DNA from: Carcharhinus amblyrhynchos
Lineage: Eukaryota
Assembly (NCBI GenBank): GCA_965287045.1
Contig: OZ336877.1
Coordinates: 51,150,001 to 51,214,000 of the forward strand
DNA length: 64,000 bases
Direction: 5' to 3'
Part shown: piece by piece, positions 22,831-34,510 of the stretch
How positions within the stretch are numbered: position 1 is the first letter of the stretch
Layout of the letters: every line of letters starts with the position of its first letter
The notes under the pieces: model-generated
Databases searched by the model: none
What the model saw: only the letters and a program-made list of their open reading frames with translations
What the model was told of the DNA's origin: nothing
Position numbers and translations under genes: made by a program

Positions 22831-24715
22831 GTATACATCAATGACTCCTCTATTTACAAAAATTTAATTCACTACATTTAAATTTCTTCAACTACTTAAT
22901 CTCTTATTTAAAAAATAAGCATTTGTATCCAGAACCCCACATCAAAGATTTCATAATCATTTTCAACATCAAAGAAACTGTGAACTGACAGGTGCCCCAT
23001 TGTGATAATGATAGAATGTGAATCGGTCATGTAGCACAAATCCCACAATGATTTACCCCAGGCTCATGTCAACAAAGTGAAAAAGCAAAGGCTGATTTTT
23101 TAAAGACTATATAGATTTTTAAATTTAAAGACCAGGAGATTTTAGTATCTTGACAACTTAATACTTTCAAGCAGTTTATTCACTTTTTATACAAATTCAT
23201 AACTAATTTTAATAATGCAAAAGGGCTCCCAAAGGTTTTCACAGACCTTTTGTCATAATAACAGGAAAGTGCGACTAAGTGAGATCTACTAATAACTTCT
23301 TCAGCTAACTAAAAACATACTGGATTGTTTAAAGAGGACCTTTTTTTTAAATGCAAAAAAAAGTCATTGACCAAAGATGGCTACTGCCAGTCACCTGATA
23401 CCTGGTATTGTAAGTTGATCACTTTTCTGGATAGCTCCTATAAGGTTTGCACTGCAGATCTGCCCTGACATGGTTCATGGAATTTCACATCTGGGGAGTG
23501 TCAAGGTTCACTTCAAAAAGGGACTGTTGAAAGAAAGGCATTACAAATGCAAAGTGCTGGACTTAAATCAACTGTAATTCTGTCAAGGCAATGGAAACTG
23601 CTAACCAGCCAGGTACACCCAACAGAGACACAAAATCCCCCGTGGAAGGTGAAATAACCCCTCTTCTGCTGGTTTCTAAAATGTTGAAATGTATCAAAAG
23701 CCTCTGAGATGAAAGACCAAAAATTAGATTTCTTGTTTTACAACAATGAGTTCAAGACATGTTAACCTAATTGGCAGCTTAGAATTTACAGACAGGAGGT
23801 TTAATAACCGGTTTTGCCATGACAGGAACAAAGAAAGATACCATCTCTCTCTCCCTCTCTGTGAAGTTATGATTGCATCCTGCAAAGTGCAGTTACTCAA
23901 ACTTCAATTCAACTCCAGGATTTAAAAGGAACTAGCCAACTTCAAATGGCAAAAACATTCAACAATCTACACTTCAAGTACAAGCAAAGGATGCAATTGT
24001 ATATTCTTTAACTTTCATTTGGATTCCAATGTTCCTTACTTCTGAGATTTGTGCATGTGTATTTTACATTGCATGATTTTTTCTTGGGTTTAGTAACTAA
24101 TAAATTTGCTCTTTCTGTGCCTCAAGAAAACCTGGATAGGTTGGCACCTTATTAAAAATGTAAATTGGATTGGAAAAAGCATTTATGGAGAAAATAAATT
24201 AAGAAAGACCTTTGTTGTGACCAGCCAAGGGGGTTGACTAAAAAGGAACGAGTTCACTGCTCCTCAGCCAGTTGTAGTACTCTACAAAAGGGTATGTTGC
24301 TTCTCAAAAAACTCTAGTAAATTTAATCTGTAAGGTGTAAAGTCCACCAGTCATGTTTCAGACATCCCAAAAACAAAAACGGAATCTTTTTGAAGGCAGC
24401 TGCATTTTTACATAGGCAACTGTCTCTATGAGCCTGCAATCGGTTCCCATTCCCCACCAATGAAAATGCCCAGTGCCAGGTTCGGCTAAGCTGGAGATGC
24501 TTTCCATCGTTGCAAAAATTCAGGGCTCTGTCTCTCCGAAGAGGCATACATAATCGAGTGAGTGATAAGGCGGCCAAAATTTGAACTTACTGTATGCAGA
24601 ATTTTGAATGTTGATAAATGTTTGACACAGCACTTCTTAAGGCTTTAAACTCTACACATATATATTTAATAACTTACAGATATAAAAGAACTAAATATGA
24701 ATCATTATAATTTAC

Positions 24716-27700
24716 CTGTTGCATTTTGTGGAAAACTTGACAGTGAAGCAGGACCATTTACTCCAGGAAGTATGACTGGAGAGAGGCCTGAAAGGCCTGA
24801 ATAGGATGTTGAAGCATTGAGGCCATGCAATGCAGTATTTTCCATTACACTTTGCTGATGCAGAACTTGTTGTTGTGAAGTTATACCCAAAGCATCTGTG
24901 GCCTTCTTCAGACGATCCAACTCTTGTTGAGCCATCAACTGTCGGACAGTAGTAGGAGCAAGATAATCCTTCTCCTTATCTAGCTGGCATCCCACCGTCT
25001 CTTTCACTTTGTTGATATGCTGCTGTGAGAAAATGTGATCTCTGATAGACAAACGTGCAGTATACATGACACCACATAAAGAACATTCTGTTTTTTGTCC
25101 ATCAGTTCCAGTTTGATTCATCATGAATGATTTTGCCATGTTCAACTTTATCTTTTTGTCTTTTGCTCGAGCATTCTGAAACCAGACCTGGACAACCCTT
25201 TTAGGTAAATTAATTTCATTGCCAAGAAGTTCGCACTCTTGCATTGTTGGTGTACGGTAGTCAGCAAAGCATGACTTCAGGACTTTTAATTGAAGATTAC
25301 TCATTTGTGTTCTGAAACGTTTCTGACCAGGTCGCTCATTTGATCTTGATGACTTGAGACTACTGTGGCTACCAAATGGGCTCGGAGAACAGGGATCGGC
25401 TAAACTCGATGTCTCACTTCGGTCAACACTATCATCTATGTCATTATCCCTTGATATGAAGCTTAGAGAAGGGCTAGGTAAGCTCATGGAAAGTCTTTCA
25501 TCATAATAATCAACTGTCGTCGTCGTAACCATCATTGACAACTGATCACCAGCAATTGATGTTTTCAGCTCATCTGAAGACTCAATAACTTTACTTTCAG
25601 AAGTGCTGACTAGGTTTTCAGTTTCATTGTTTCCTTCATCTCCCGTACTTCCATCACTTATAGCTGTGTTAATAGACGATGTATCATCATAATCTGTCTT
25701 ACTCTGATCAAAACTGACAACAGCAGAGTTTATATTTGGACATTCCGTGTCTTCATTGCATTCCGATTTGAATAACAAAGGGCTCAGAAGATGTTTTGGT
25801 GACATCTCTGCTGTTTTACTTACTGGCGTTGAAACTGTAGATGGAGCTTCATTTTCACTTAATGCGTCAATCTTGGAGAAAAGCAATGTTGGAAATTCAA
25901 AATAATTATCTTTCTGCGGACTTTCACCATCATCATCTTGTGGCATAATAGGGCTTGGTGGGAGGCTATAGCCTGCTTGCTTTGCTTCGTGCCAATGCCG
26001 AGAACGGATGTGTGTTTCAAGTGCTGTCTTAGCTTTAAAGAGTGCTCGACAGAAAGGGCACCTTCTGTGAGACTGACTTGGACCAAGGGCACGGAATTGC
26101 CCCTTCCTCTCACGAGCTCGAGTGTTTTGAAACCAAACCTGAACCACGCGTTTCTTTAGTCCTACTTCATTTGAAATGTGATCTAACATTTTTCGAGTAG
26201 GATTAGAATCCAACAAGTATTTTTCATACAGTACCTCCAGCTGCTCTGGAGTAATTGTAGTTCTAAGCCTTTTATCACGATGTGGTTCATCACTACTATT
26301 TGCACCTTCTTTATCATTTTGATTGTTTTCTTCTTTTTCTTCCAGCTTACGCTTAACTGTTCCTGATGCTGTATTAGAGGAGGTTGGAACTGATGAACTA
26401 GGCTGGGAGGATATCTGTGTAAGAGGTCCAGGAAGTAACTGTCCAGCCATAAGTGGGTTGTTTGGGTCAAAAATCATATAGGGCATATCTAACGATCTAT
26501 CCAAGATTTGTGAGTGGAGGAACTGATTCTGGGCTGCCAAAAAATGTATGTGCTGGTGTTCTTGCCAAAGTTCCAAGGTTGGAAAGGCATATTTACACTG
26601 GTCACACTGGTACTGTAACATCGGAGGAGGTAGACTGTTCTGTAAAGAGGTGACTGCTACAGACAGGGGGCTGGAGGAAACGGTTGGATTTTGAGGCTGT
26701 GAATGAGGTCGCATTATTGGCTGTTGGGACTGGTTTTGCTGCTGTGACTGTGCTGTTGTTGTCTGTGGCACTGATGGAGGTGAGGACATTGGTTTGGCCA
26801 TTTGGGAGGGTTGAGCAACCTCAATTTGCTTTGGTTTCTCTACTGGTAGGTTAGGTTTCGCTGAACTTTTGTCCATTTCCAATTTGGGTGAAGGCATCAG
26901 AGGAGTGCTGGAACCAGAGCTCGAACCAGATCTAGAACCAGACCCTGTCACTGTTCCTAACATGGGCTTTGATGTGTCTGCTGAGACAGAAGCATCAGGC
27001 TGATGTGACATTATTTGGTCTGTGGCATCCATTGAATCTTCTGTTTGACTATCGTCCTGACAATCGTCATCTTCATCTTTGTAACACTGTTTCTTCTGAT
27101 GCGTAATTAGATCAAAAATTCGTGGGAACACTACATTACATTTTTTACACTGATATTGTAAATTATTGGTTCGTACGTAACGCTCGTTGGTTAGCTCCCT
27201 CCTTTCACTGTCTTTAGTATCGGCTTGATTCTCAAAAGTCTTTCGTGCTTTTTGACGGGCATTTTGAAACCACACCACGATTACTCGAGTCGGCAGGTTC
27301 AGGACTGTGGATAATTGTTCTATTTCATCATCTTTTGGATAAGCATTCGTATCAAAAAAGTCCTGCAGAACCCTCAACTGGTAGTCAGTGAATCGAGTTC
27401 GAGATGACCGCTTATTTATTGTACCGTCTGTCCTGTAATATTCTCCTGTATTAAAACAAGTATCATTTCTGGATTCCTCCAGTGTGGTAATAGGTGGATT
27501 ATTGAAGTTGTACGGCGAGTCCTTATTTCTTTGCCTTTCTTTGAAAAGGGTATTGCGAAACCAATGTTTAATGACTTTCTGTGGAAGTCCCGACTTTTCT
27601 GACATCTCTTGAATTTGTTCTTCAGTTGGTGAATTATTGATGTCAAAGTAAGTACGCAAGATCTTTAATTGATCATCCGTGATTCTTGTGCGTGGACGTT

Positions 27701-30244
27701 TAAACTGGTGATGTTTCAGAAAATTGGGATCCAAACCTAACTGTTGCTGGCAGAGCTGGGTGAGATCAGCAGATAAAGACTCCATCGTTGGCAGTTGCAA
27801 TGTGAGCTGGGGTGGCAAAGAAGAATGTTGCATCATAACAGGGGGGAAGAGAGGCAGATCCAAAGAGACAGGCATCTGACCCTGGGATTGTGAAGAAGGT
27901 GGAGGAGGAGGAGGTGGCGGGGGAGGAGGGGGAGGAGGGGGAGGCGGTGGTGGTAATGGTGACGGGGCAGATCCTTGGAGTTTGCCACTCCCTGTTGAGG
28001 GAGGTGGTGGTGGTGGTGGAGGAGGAGGCGGGGGAGGAGGCGGGGGAGGAGGCAGTGGTGTAGGTGTAGGTGACTCCGGTGAGGATGGCGTTACAGGATA
28101 CAATTTGTCATATGCTTCTCTGTAGTGGCATGCAAATATTTCCAGCTCCCCGAATGGGAAAAACTGACAGTGGATATGCTCTTGGTGGCTTTTCAGAATA
28201 AGAATGTTTGAAAACAGTTTGCCACAGGCTTCACATTCTAACTTGTCAGTTTTCTCATTTTCACCATTCTTGCCTCTTTTTTGAACTTTCTGCTTGTTTT
28301 CATTAAACTGGATAACCAACTCAAAACCAAAGTTTTCTAATAAAGCTTTTGCTGCATTGCCTCTTGCACCGGATGGAATGCGAGGAGGTGGAAGCACGGT
28401 GTCTACTGATTTCTGCTTTTTGGTGTCTTTATTTTCTTTTAAAGCTTCGGATTCACTTAAAAAATCGTACTGTGTCTTATTTTCTGCCATCTCCATTAAT
28501 TCCTCAGTTTCTTTGTGGGAATAAGTGTCTTTTAACAACTGGGTCTCCACAGAATTTAGACTGTTTTGTTCCTGCTTGGATGGTTTAACTGCTTGTTGCT
28601 GTTGCTTTTGTGACAGTTGCTGAGACTGCAAACCTTGATGGTGTTGCCCATATTGCTGCTGGATTTGCAATAACTGTTGCCCTTGTACTTGTTGCTTCAG
28701 ATCTTCAAGCAGAGATCCTGTCATTGCAGACATTCCAAAGGTCCCTGAACCAGGCAAACCTAGCTCTGTATTTAGATTAAATTCAGTACCTGGCAGGTAA
28801 AAAGGAAAGAGAAACTGTGGCTGTTGGAGCTGCAGCAAAGCTTCAGCTGTCATCGGAAAGTGTGGTAACAATGCTGGATTTAGAAACTGAGGCTGAAAGA
28901 AAGCAGCTTGTTGCTGCAGTTCATGTTGTAGGTGCATCTGTGCCTGGGCTTGGGCCTGGACTTGGGCTTGGGCCTGGGCCTGAGCCTGAGCCTGAGCCTG
29001 AGCCTGGGCTTGGGCCTGGGCCTGGGCCTGTGCCTGTGCTTGAACCTGGGCCTGAGCCTGGGCCTGAGCCTGGGCTTGAGCTTGAGCTTGAGCCTGGGCC
29101 TGAGCCTGAGCCTGGGTTTGAGCTGGTGACTGGGGTTGATGCTGGACAGAATGAGGAGAAACTGATTCAGTGAACTGCTTTTTGTTTGCTTCCTTGATAT
29201 CTGCATTGGTGTCTTTGTTACTAACTGCTGTCATCCCAAGAGAATCTGTAGTCATTTGCCCAGTAGCAAGCAGACTACTGCTACTGCCCACACTATTGTT
29301 TCCGCCTGCAGTACTACAACCCCCTGCTTCCAGTTTGGCTGCCCTTGCTTTCGTCTGATGGAGCACAGATCTCATATGTATTTCCAGTGTAGAGCTCTGG
29401 CTATAAGCGACATTACATGTGTTGCACTTGTAGGGCTTGTTGTCTATGTTGTTGTTGGATTCTTGAGGAACTGGACTTGATGCCTCTTGAAGAACTTTCT
29501 TAAGCTTGTGCAAGTGCGATACTGAATTATAGTGAACCAAGAGGATGTTCTTCTGCGTGAAAGATTCTTTGCACACTGTGCATTTGTATGGTCGAGAAGG
29601 ATCTAAAAACTTCTCCATGGTAAAATTTGGACCTTTCCGGAAAGGCAGTGTTCGTTTTGGTTCTGAATTTAAGTCATCTAGAATAGAGCTGCTGTCACTT
29701 CCTGCTGGACTGACTTTCCCATCCTGATCTATTTCCTCTTCTTTATCTATTTCCTGTGCCAGAATGTTATCTTCTTGACCGATAACATCACTTTCTGACC
29801 AGAATTCTCCATTCACATGATAGCTCCCACATATCTGTTGTATCTCAACCTCACTCAGTTCAGGGTGACTGGTTTCTAAATGTCTCTTCAAAGCCAGAAA
29901 TGTGCGGAAGCTACGTTGACAAAGGCTACACATTGTGGCAGCCCGAATAGCATGATACTGTGAATGAATCTGAAGCTTCTGCATGGTCTTGAAAGCCAGA
30001 CTACATTGGCTGCAGCGATATTTGTACACATGCCGATCAGACACAGGCAGCTGTTGCCTTTTCTGGAGTTCATTTAGTTGATCTTGCAGAGACTCTGAAA
30101 CCTTCAAACGTTGACTTCCATCCTTCTTCCAATCTGCAGTATCGGAAGATTCCTTTGACATCTTCTGTTCCTCACTTTTGGACTCAGTTCCAGACTTTGT
30201 GTTGTCTGAGGCTGTATAAAACTTGCTCTCTGATGAATATTCAC
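24716..30244 (-). CDS. ZFHX4: ZFHX4 giant penultimate exon (5529 nt): multiple C2H2 zinc fingers, four homeodomains, QA and poly-Pro tracts
   Basis: 1818-aa ORF. Homeodomains are [48 protein letters not shown] and [16 protein letters not shown]. Acceptor aaacag|GTGAA at 30244 and donor ACAG|gtaaat at 24716 are both phase 1 and in frame with the neighbouring exons. [24 protein letters not shown] and [18 protein letters not shown] favour ZFHX4 over ZFHX3/ZFHX2. Confidence 0.97.
27898..28053 (-). repeat. Two coding poly-proline (CCN) tracts
   Basis: gga/ggt/ggc/ggg triplet runs on the plus strand, translated as two long poly-Pro runs. Confidence 0.9.
28938..29123 (-). repeat. Coding hexanucleotide repeat (GCN CAR)n encoding ~31 Gln-Ala dipeptides
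   Basis: Plus strand reads as an imperfect (ctgggc/ctgagc/ttgggc) array. Translation is AQTQAQAQ...QVQAQ...AQ. Confidence 0.95.
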
Positions 30245-30411
30245 CTGTTTAATTAAAAATAATGCAAAATGAAAGAAACATAAAATGTAATTCTAAAACA
30301 TCATGACATTCCTAAATTCACTATAAAGCCTAGAGCACTGTTATATTTCTACCTTTCTCTTTTTCATACAGCAACAGTTGCAACAGCTATAAGAATGAAC
30401 ACTCTAAAACA

Positions 30412-30525
30412 AAGATCAAAGAAAATTACAGCACAGGAACAGGCCCTTTGGCACTCCAAGCTCGCAGCAACCATGCTGCCCAACTGAACTAAAACTCCCT
30501 ACCCTTCTGGAGACCATATCCCATG
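30412..30525 (-). mobile_element. CR1-type 3' tail fragment
   Basis: The minus strand ends aagggcctgttcctgtgctgtaattttctttg. Confidence 0.6.
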
Positions 30526-31080
30526 TCTCTGATATGTTCTTCAGGAAAAGAGCCAAGAAGAAAGTATTATTGTATCCTGACAGCATGCTGCTATAAATGC
30601 CAAATACAAAAGTTTGCTGCCAGTCACCTTCCAAGCATCATGCACACTGGTCAATTTCTGAAGTTCAATCTGAGAAGAGGAATAAGAGAGGCTGCTGCTC
30701 TAAGCGAAAAGTACAAATTTCAAATATTTCTGATTCTGGCAAGTCTTTGACCTTTGAGGTCTTCACTAGGTTCAGAATAGGATATAGTTGTCTACAACCC
30801 AGTGTATGGTGGATTATTAGCCTGGTTTAAAAATTTCCTCAGACATTCCCCCAAACTGTTGCTAAAACACAGTGCGAATAGAGGAAGTTCCAGCTTTTGC
30901 ACCCAAGGTAAGCATTTACAGGTCACTGTTAATGAGGTGGAAACTTGGAGAACCAGGTTATGCCCCAAATTCTGAATCCAGAGCTGGGATAATAAACTAC
31001 ACTAGGCATTTCATGTCTACCAAAGTCTCAGTTTAAAGTCTCAACCAAAACTCAGCGCTCTCCAAGTAATTCACAGTAAT

Positions 31081-31434
31081 CACAGGATCATTACAGTACA
31101 GAAGGAGGCCAATCAACCCAGCGAGTTTGCACTGAGTCTCCGAAAGTGCATCTTACTCAGGCCCATCCATCAGCCCACCCTATCCCCATAACCTCATGCA
31201 TTTACCATGTCTAATCTACCTTCCACACATCTTTGACAGCAAGAGGCAAATTAGTATGGTCAATCCATCTGACCTGCACGTCTTTAGACTGTGCAAGGAA
31301 ATTGGAGTACCCAAAGGAAACCCATGCAGACACGGAGAAAATGTACAACCTCCACACAGACATTCACCCAAGGCTGGTATCAAATGGGGTCCCTGGCACT
31401 GTGAGGCAGCAGTGCTAACCATCTTGCCACTGTG
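31081..31434 (-). mobile_element. HE1-like V-SINE
   Basis: Collinear with 4134-4435 (ccctggcactgtgaggcagcagtgctaacca; cagaaggaggcca). Confidence 0.85.
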
Positions 31435-31502
31435 TAGGTTATCAGGTTAAATTGTAATACTCAAATCCTCAAGTGTGGTTTTATCCTTTGACATTCTAAC
31501 TC

Positions 31503-31691
31503 AAAATCAAACATATGCATTTGATGCTCTGCCCATTTTACAAAGTCCATTTCTAATTAATCAATTGGATATGAGGTTTGGGACATCTTTGATGATGTAA
31601 TACATTTTCTATGTCAATTTGATTGACAATTGATTAATTAGAAATGAACTTTGTAAAATGGGCATAGCATCAAATGCATATGTTTGATTTT
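31503..31691. repeat. 65-bp inverted repeat (63/65 identity) with a 59-nt spacer
   Basis: Arms 31503-31567 and 31627-31691 were compared base by base and show two mismatches. Confidence 0.95.
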
Positions 31692-32837
31692 CCACAAAGA
31701 TAAATCCTCATTTCCTGCCCCCCTTCCACTCCCCCAACTTGTATTCCTTATTTTATTTCAAAGCCTTCTAATGTCCTGACATACCAATTCAGTGGCTTCT
31801 CACTGAAATGTACTACTTGCAAAGGGAAGCTAAGTGACCACCAACACAACTCAATAGCTCAACAAGTAAAGAAAAATTCAACTTTTCAAACACAGATACT
31901 AATACAAGCCTGTTCAACTGAGAAAGAATAGCTTGTGAAACCAACAGTGGAAATTAGAAGTGAATATTTTATATTGATCCCAGCACAAGTTCCACTCACC
32001 ACTACAAGAAGTCAGAGGGATTCTGGAAGTATCCATCGTCATTCTAATGCTAGAAATCTGTCTGGATTCTTATTGAAGAATTTACTGGTTCAATCAGAAT
32101 TATTTGAGAACAATTACTTTCAGATTCACAACCTGAACATTATTCGTGGGCTTCTCCAACTTCACGACAAAGTCCAAATTATAATCTTTCAGCTATTAAT
32201 CAATACATTTCACATTCACATCAAACACTCTCTTCCAATACCTAGTGGAGCTCTGCCAACTACAGTGTCAATGTTTTGTTTTATGGATACACTATACATC
32301 CTCAGTCTCAAAGCCTCTCAAAGGAATGGAAACAGAAATGGTATGGAAACAAACATCTTTGGCAGGTATGGGAAATATAGAAAGGTGATTTTTGTACACT
32401 TCAATTTTGTACGCTTAACAAATCACAGAGACTCTGGAGCATTTAGTAGACTATTAGAAATGCTCTAGACGTTGATAAAATGGGAACATTTTGACAAAGT
32501 AATTATTAAAAAGAATGGTCCAGAATACCACAAAGGCTTTGACTGTGCTTTGAACCGAACTGTCTTGCTTGCATTCTTGCAGTGAGTGGAACCCGTTGTG
32601 AATAGATAAGTACACACTTTGTTGCTAGTGTTGAGAAAGTACATCCACTTCTGCAGCAAAGCCCAACTCTTCCCAGTGTAAACATGTTGCTGGAGCACAT
32701 TTGGCGCATTTGGCAGTCAGGGCAAATAATGTCTAGTATTCAAATTTCAAATTTGCCAAATAAGTTAATTGTTCAACTATTCTCACACAAACAATACAAT
32801 CTTTACAAGGCCAATTATCATTTCCCTGAAGGCTTAC

Positions 32838-32958
32838 CGGATAATTTGCATGATTCCTCTGTAGTTACAGTTGCAGTATTGCTAAGGAAGCATTGCATTT
32901 TTTCAGAGCCAGTTGAAGGCAGTATGCTGGTGGAGTTCATCCCATCTGGAACAGACAC
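32838..32958 (-). CDS. ZFHX4: ZFHX4 internal exon, 121 nt (VSVPDGMNSTSILPSTGSEKMQCFLSNTATVTTEESCKLSG)
   Basis: Not in the ORF track. Splice sites cttccaaag|GTG ... TCC G|gtaagc, phase 0 to 1, bridge the flanking exons exactly. It resembles the VPVPD..SEK..VTAE linker of ZFHX4. Confidence 0.9.
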
Positions 32959-34409
32959 CTTTGGAAGAAGCAAATGAAGAAACTCTAATACAAATCTTTC
33001 TTACAATGACTGCATTTATTATTGAAACAAAATACATTTTGTTCAGATGACACTTTCTGCTGGAATTCATTCAAAGCATTTCATTTATTAAAAATAAACT
33101 TACGGTGAAAAGGAATCTTGCTAATGGGATTGATGAATAGGTGAAGGAATTTCTACTTGCCCTACCTTTGGGTAAGCCAATAACCAAAACATTTTCTGTG
33201 TGCTGCATTTTATTTAATATTTCAAATAAAAACACTAATTGTCATAACAGGTAAGAATCAATTTTGATCTCCTGTTTGTACTTCAAGGTAGATGGTGGTC
33301 AGATAAGGAAGTGGAGTGGGAGTTATCTAGACCCAACTACTCTCATTGTTGTCGATCATCGTGTTGTCCAGAAAGCAGGAAGCAGGGAAGGAGTAGAAGC
33401 AGGTGAGTTGTGGTATGAAATAGCCCCATTTGGTGTTAGTGCAGGGATTATCCATACAGATTCTCTGAATTGACGTGCTCAGAGCTAGAGATCAGGCTGC
33501 CATGCCTGGTATCTGTAGAGCGATACTAGGCATACCAGCCTGACCATGAGACATTGCATATCCTTCTGCTCATACCTAGCATGCAGCAGCTGTACAGAGA
33601 GCTAATATGGTTTTCTATGGCAAATTCTTTGCTTATTGGGATTCTTTATATTGAAGGACATTGTGTCAGAAGATCCGAGTCCCATTACTTCAAGGTCTAA
33701 ATGTTTGACTTATAGATATGTGGCAAAGTTTTGTAAAAATCTTGCTGATCACAGCATGCCATGCTTCATTTCTCCCCCTTAAAAGAAATCGTAACTAGAT
33801 TAAGATCCAACTCAGTTGTATGGGTGTACTTGCTGAAATGGCCCCAGTCATTTCTGTGAAACCTGGAAGACCTACTTTGTAAAGACTGTTGGAACCTGTC
33901 AGTCTTTAGGTCAATGGGAGTGTAGATGCAGCGCTGTATCATTTGCTGTATTGTGCCACATACAGCTTGCACATGCACAGACACAGTAGCAGTCAGCTGT
34001 GGTCTGAAACTTGGCTGTAGTTCCTCACAGACATACTCCAGTCTGACAAACAGCTGGTTATCAATTTTCTCCACTTTCTGTCACTTATCCATGTTGCCAG
34101 TGTCCCTTTATTCCATGGCTTTCATTTCACTAATGAGACTACTAAAGTGGCATTTTATTAAACACCTTTTGATAGTCCACACACAGGACATGAATGACAC
34201 TACCTTCATCAATCCTTTCTATTACTTTTATTCAAAAACTCTATTTTGTCATATGTAATTTTCCATCAACAAATCTATGTTGGATGTCGTTAATTAACCT
34301 ACAAAATTTCTGGGTAAAATAAATTGTCAATTTTATTTTTGTGGGATTATAATCCACATATCAATAACTGCAGCAACAAATATCCTTAATGTTCTTATGA
34401 AAAATTATC

Positions 34410-34510
34410 TACCTTAAACATTAACTCTATTCCTCTCCCCAGTAGTGCTACCTGGCCTGCCGAGTGTTTTCTATTTTTATCTCAGATTTCTATCATCTGC
34501 GGTATTTTTA
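34410..34510 (+). mobile_element. Degraded Penelope-like terminal-repeat fragment
   Basis: aaacattaactctattcctctcccc..gctacctggcctgccgagt..catctgcggtatttt. Confidence 0.55.

Noticed and set aside
28817-29206. Alternative-frame and antisense ORFs with PE/PG, LS/LG and RP/RL dipeptide repeats
   Set aside because: They are by-products of the QA hexanucleotide repeat, which lacks stops in other frames. There is no independent evidence of translation.
24716-30244. Calling the gene ZFHX3 (ATBF1) or ZFHX2
   Set aside because: The C-terminus [23 protein letters not shown] and the exon sizes fit ZFHX4 as recalled. A phylogeny would be the formal test.
31935-32468. 177-aa plus-strand ORF
   Set aside because: It has a GTG start, no recognisable domain, AT-rich composition, and lies antisense in an intron. 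It is probably chance or a decayed repeat.
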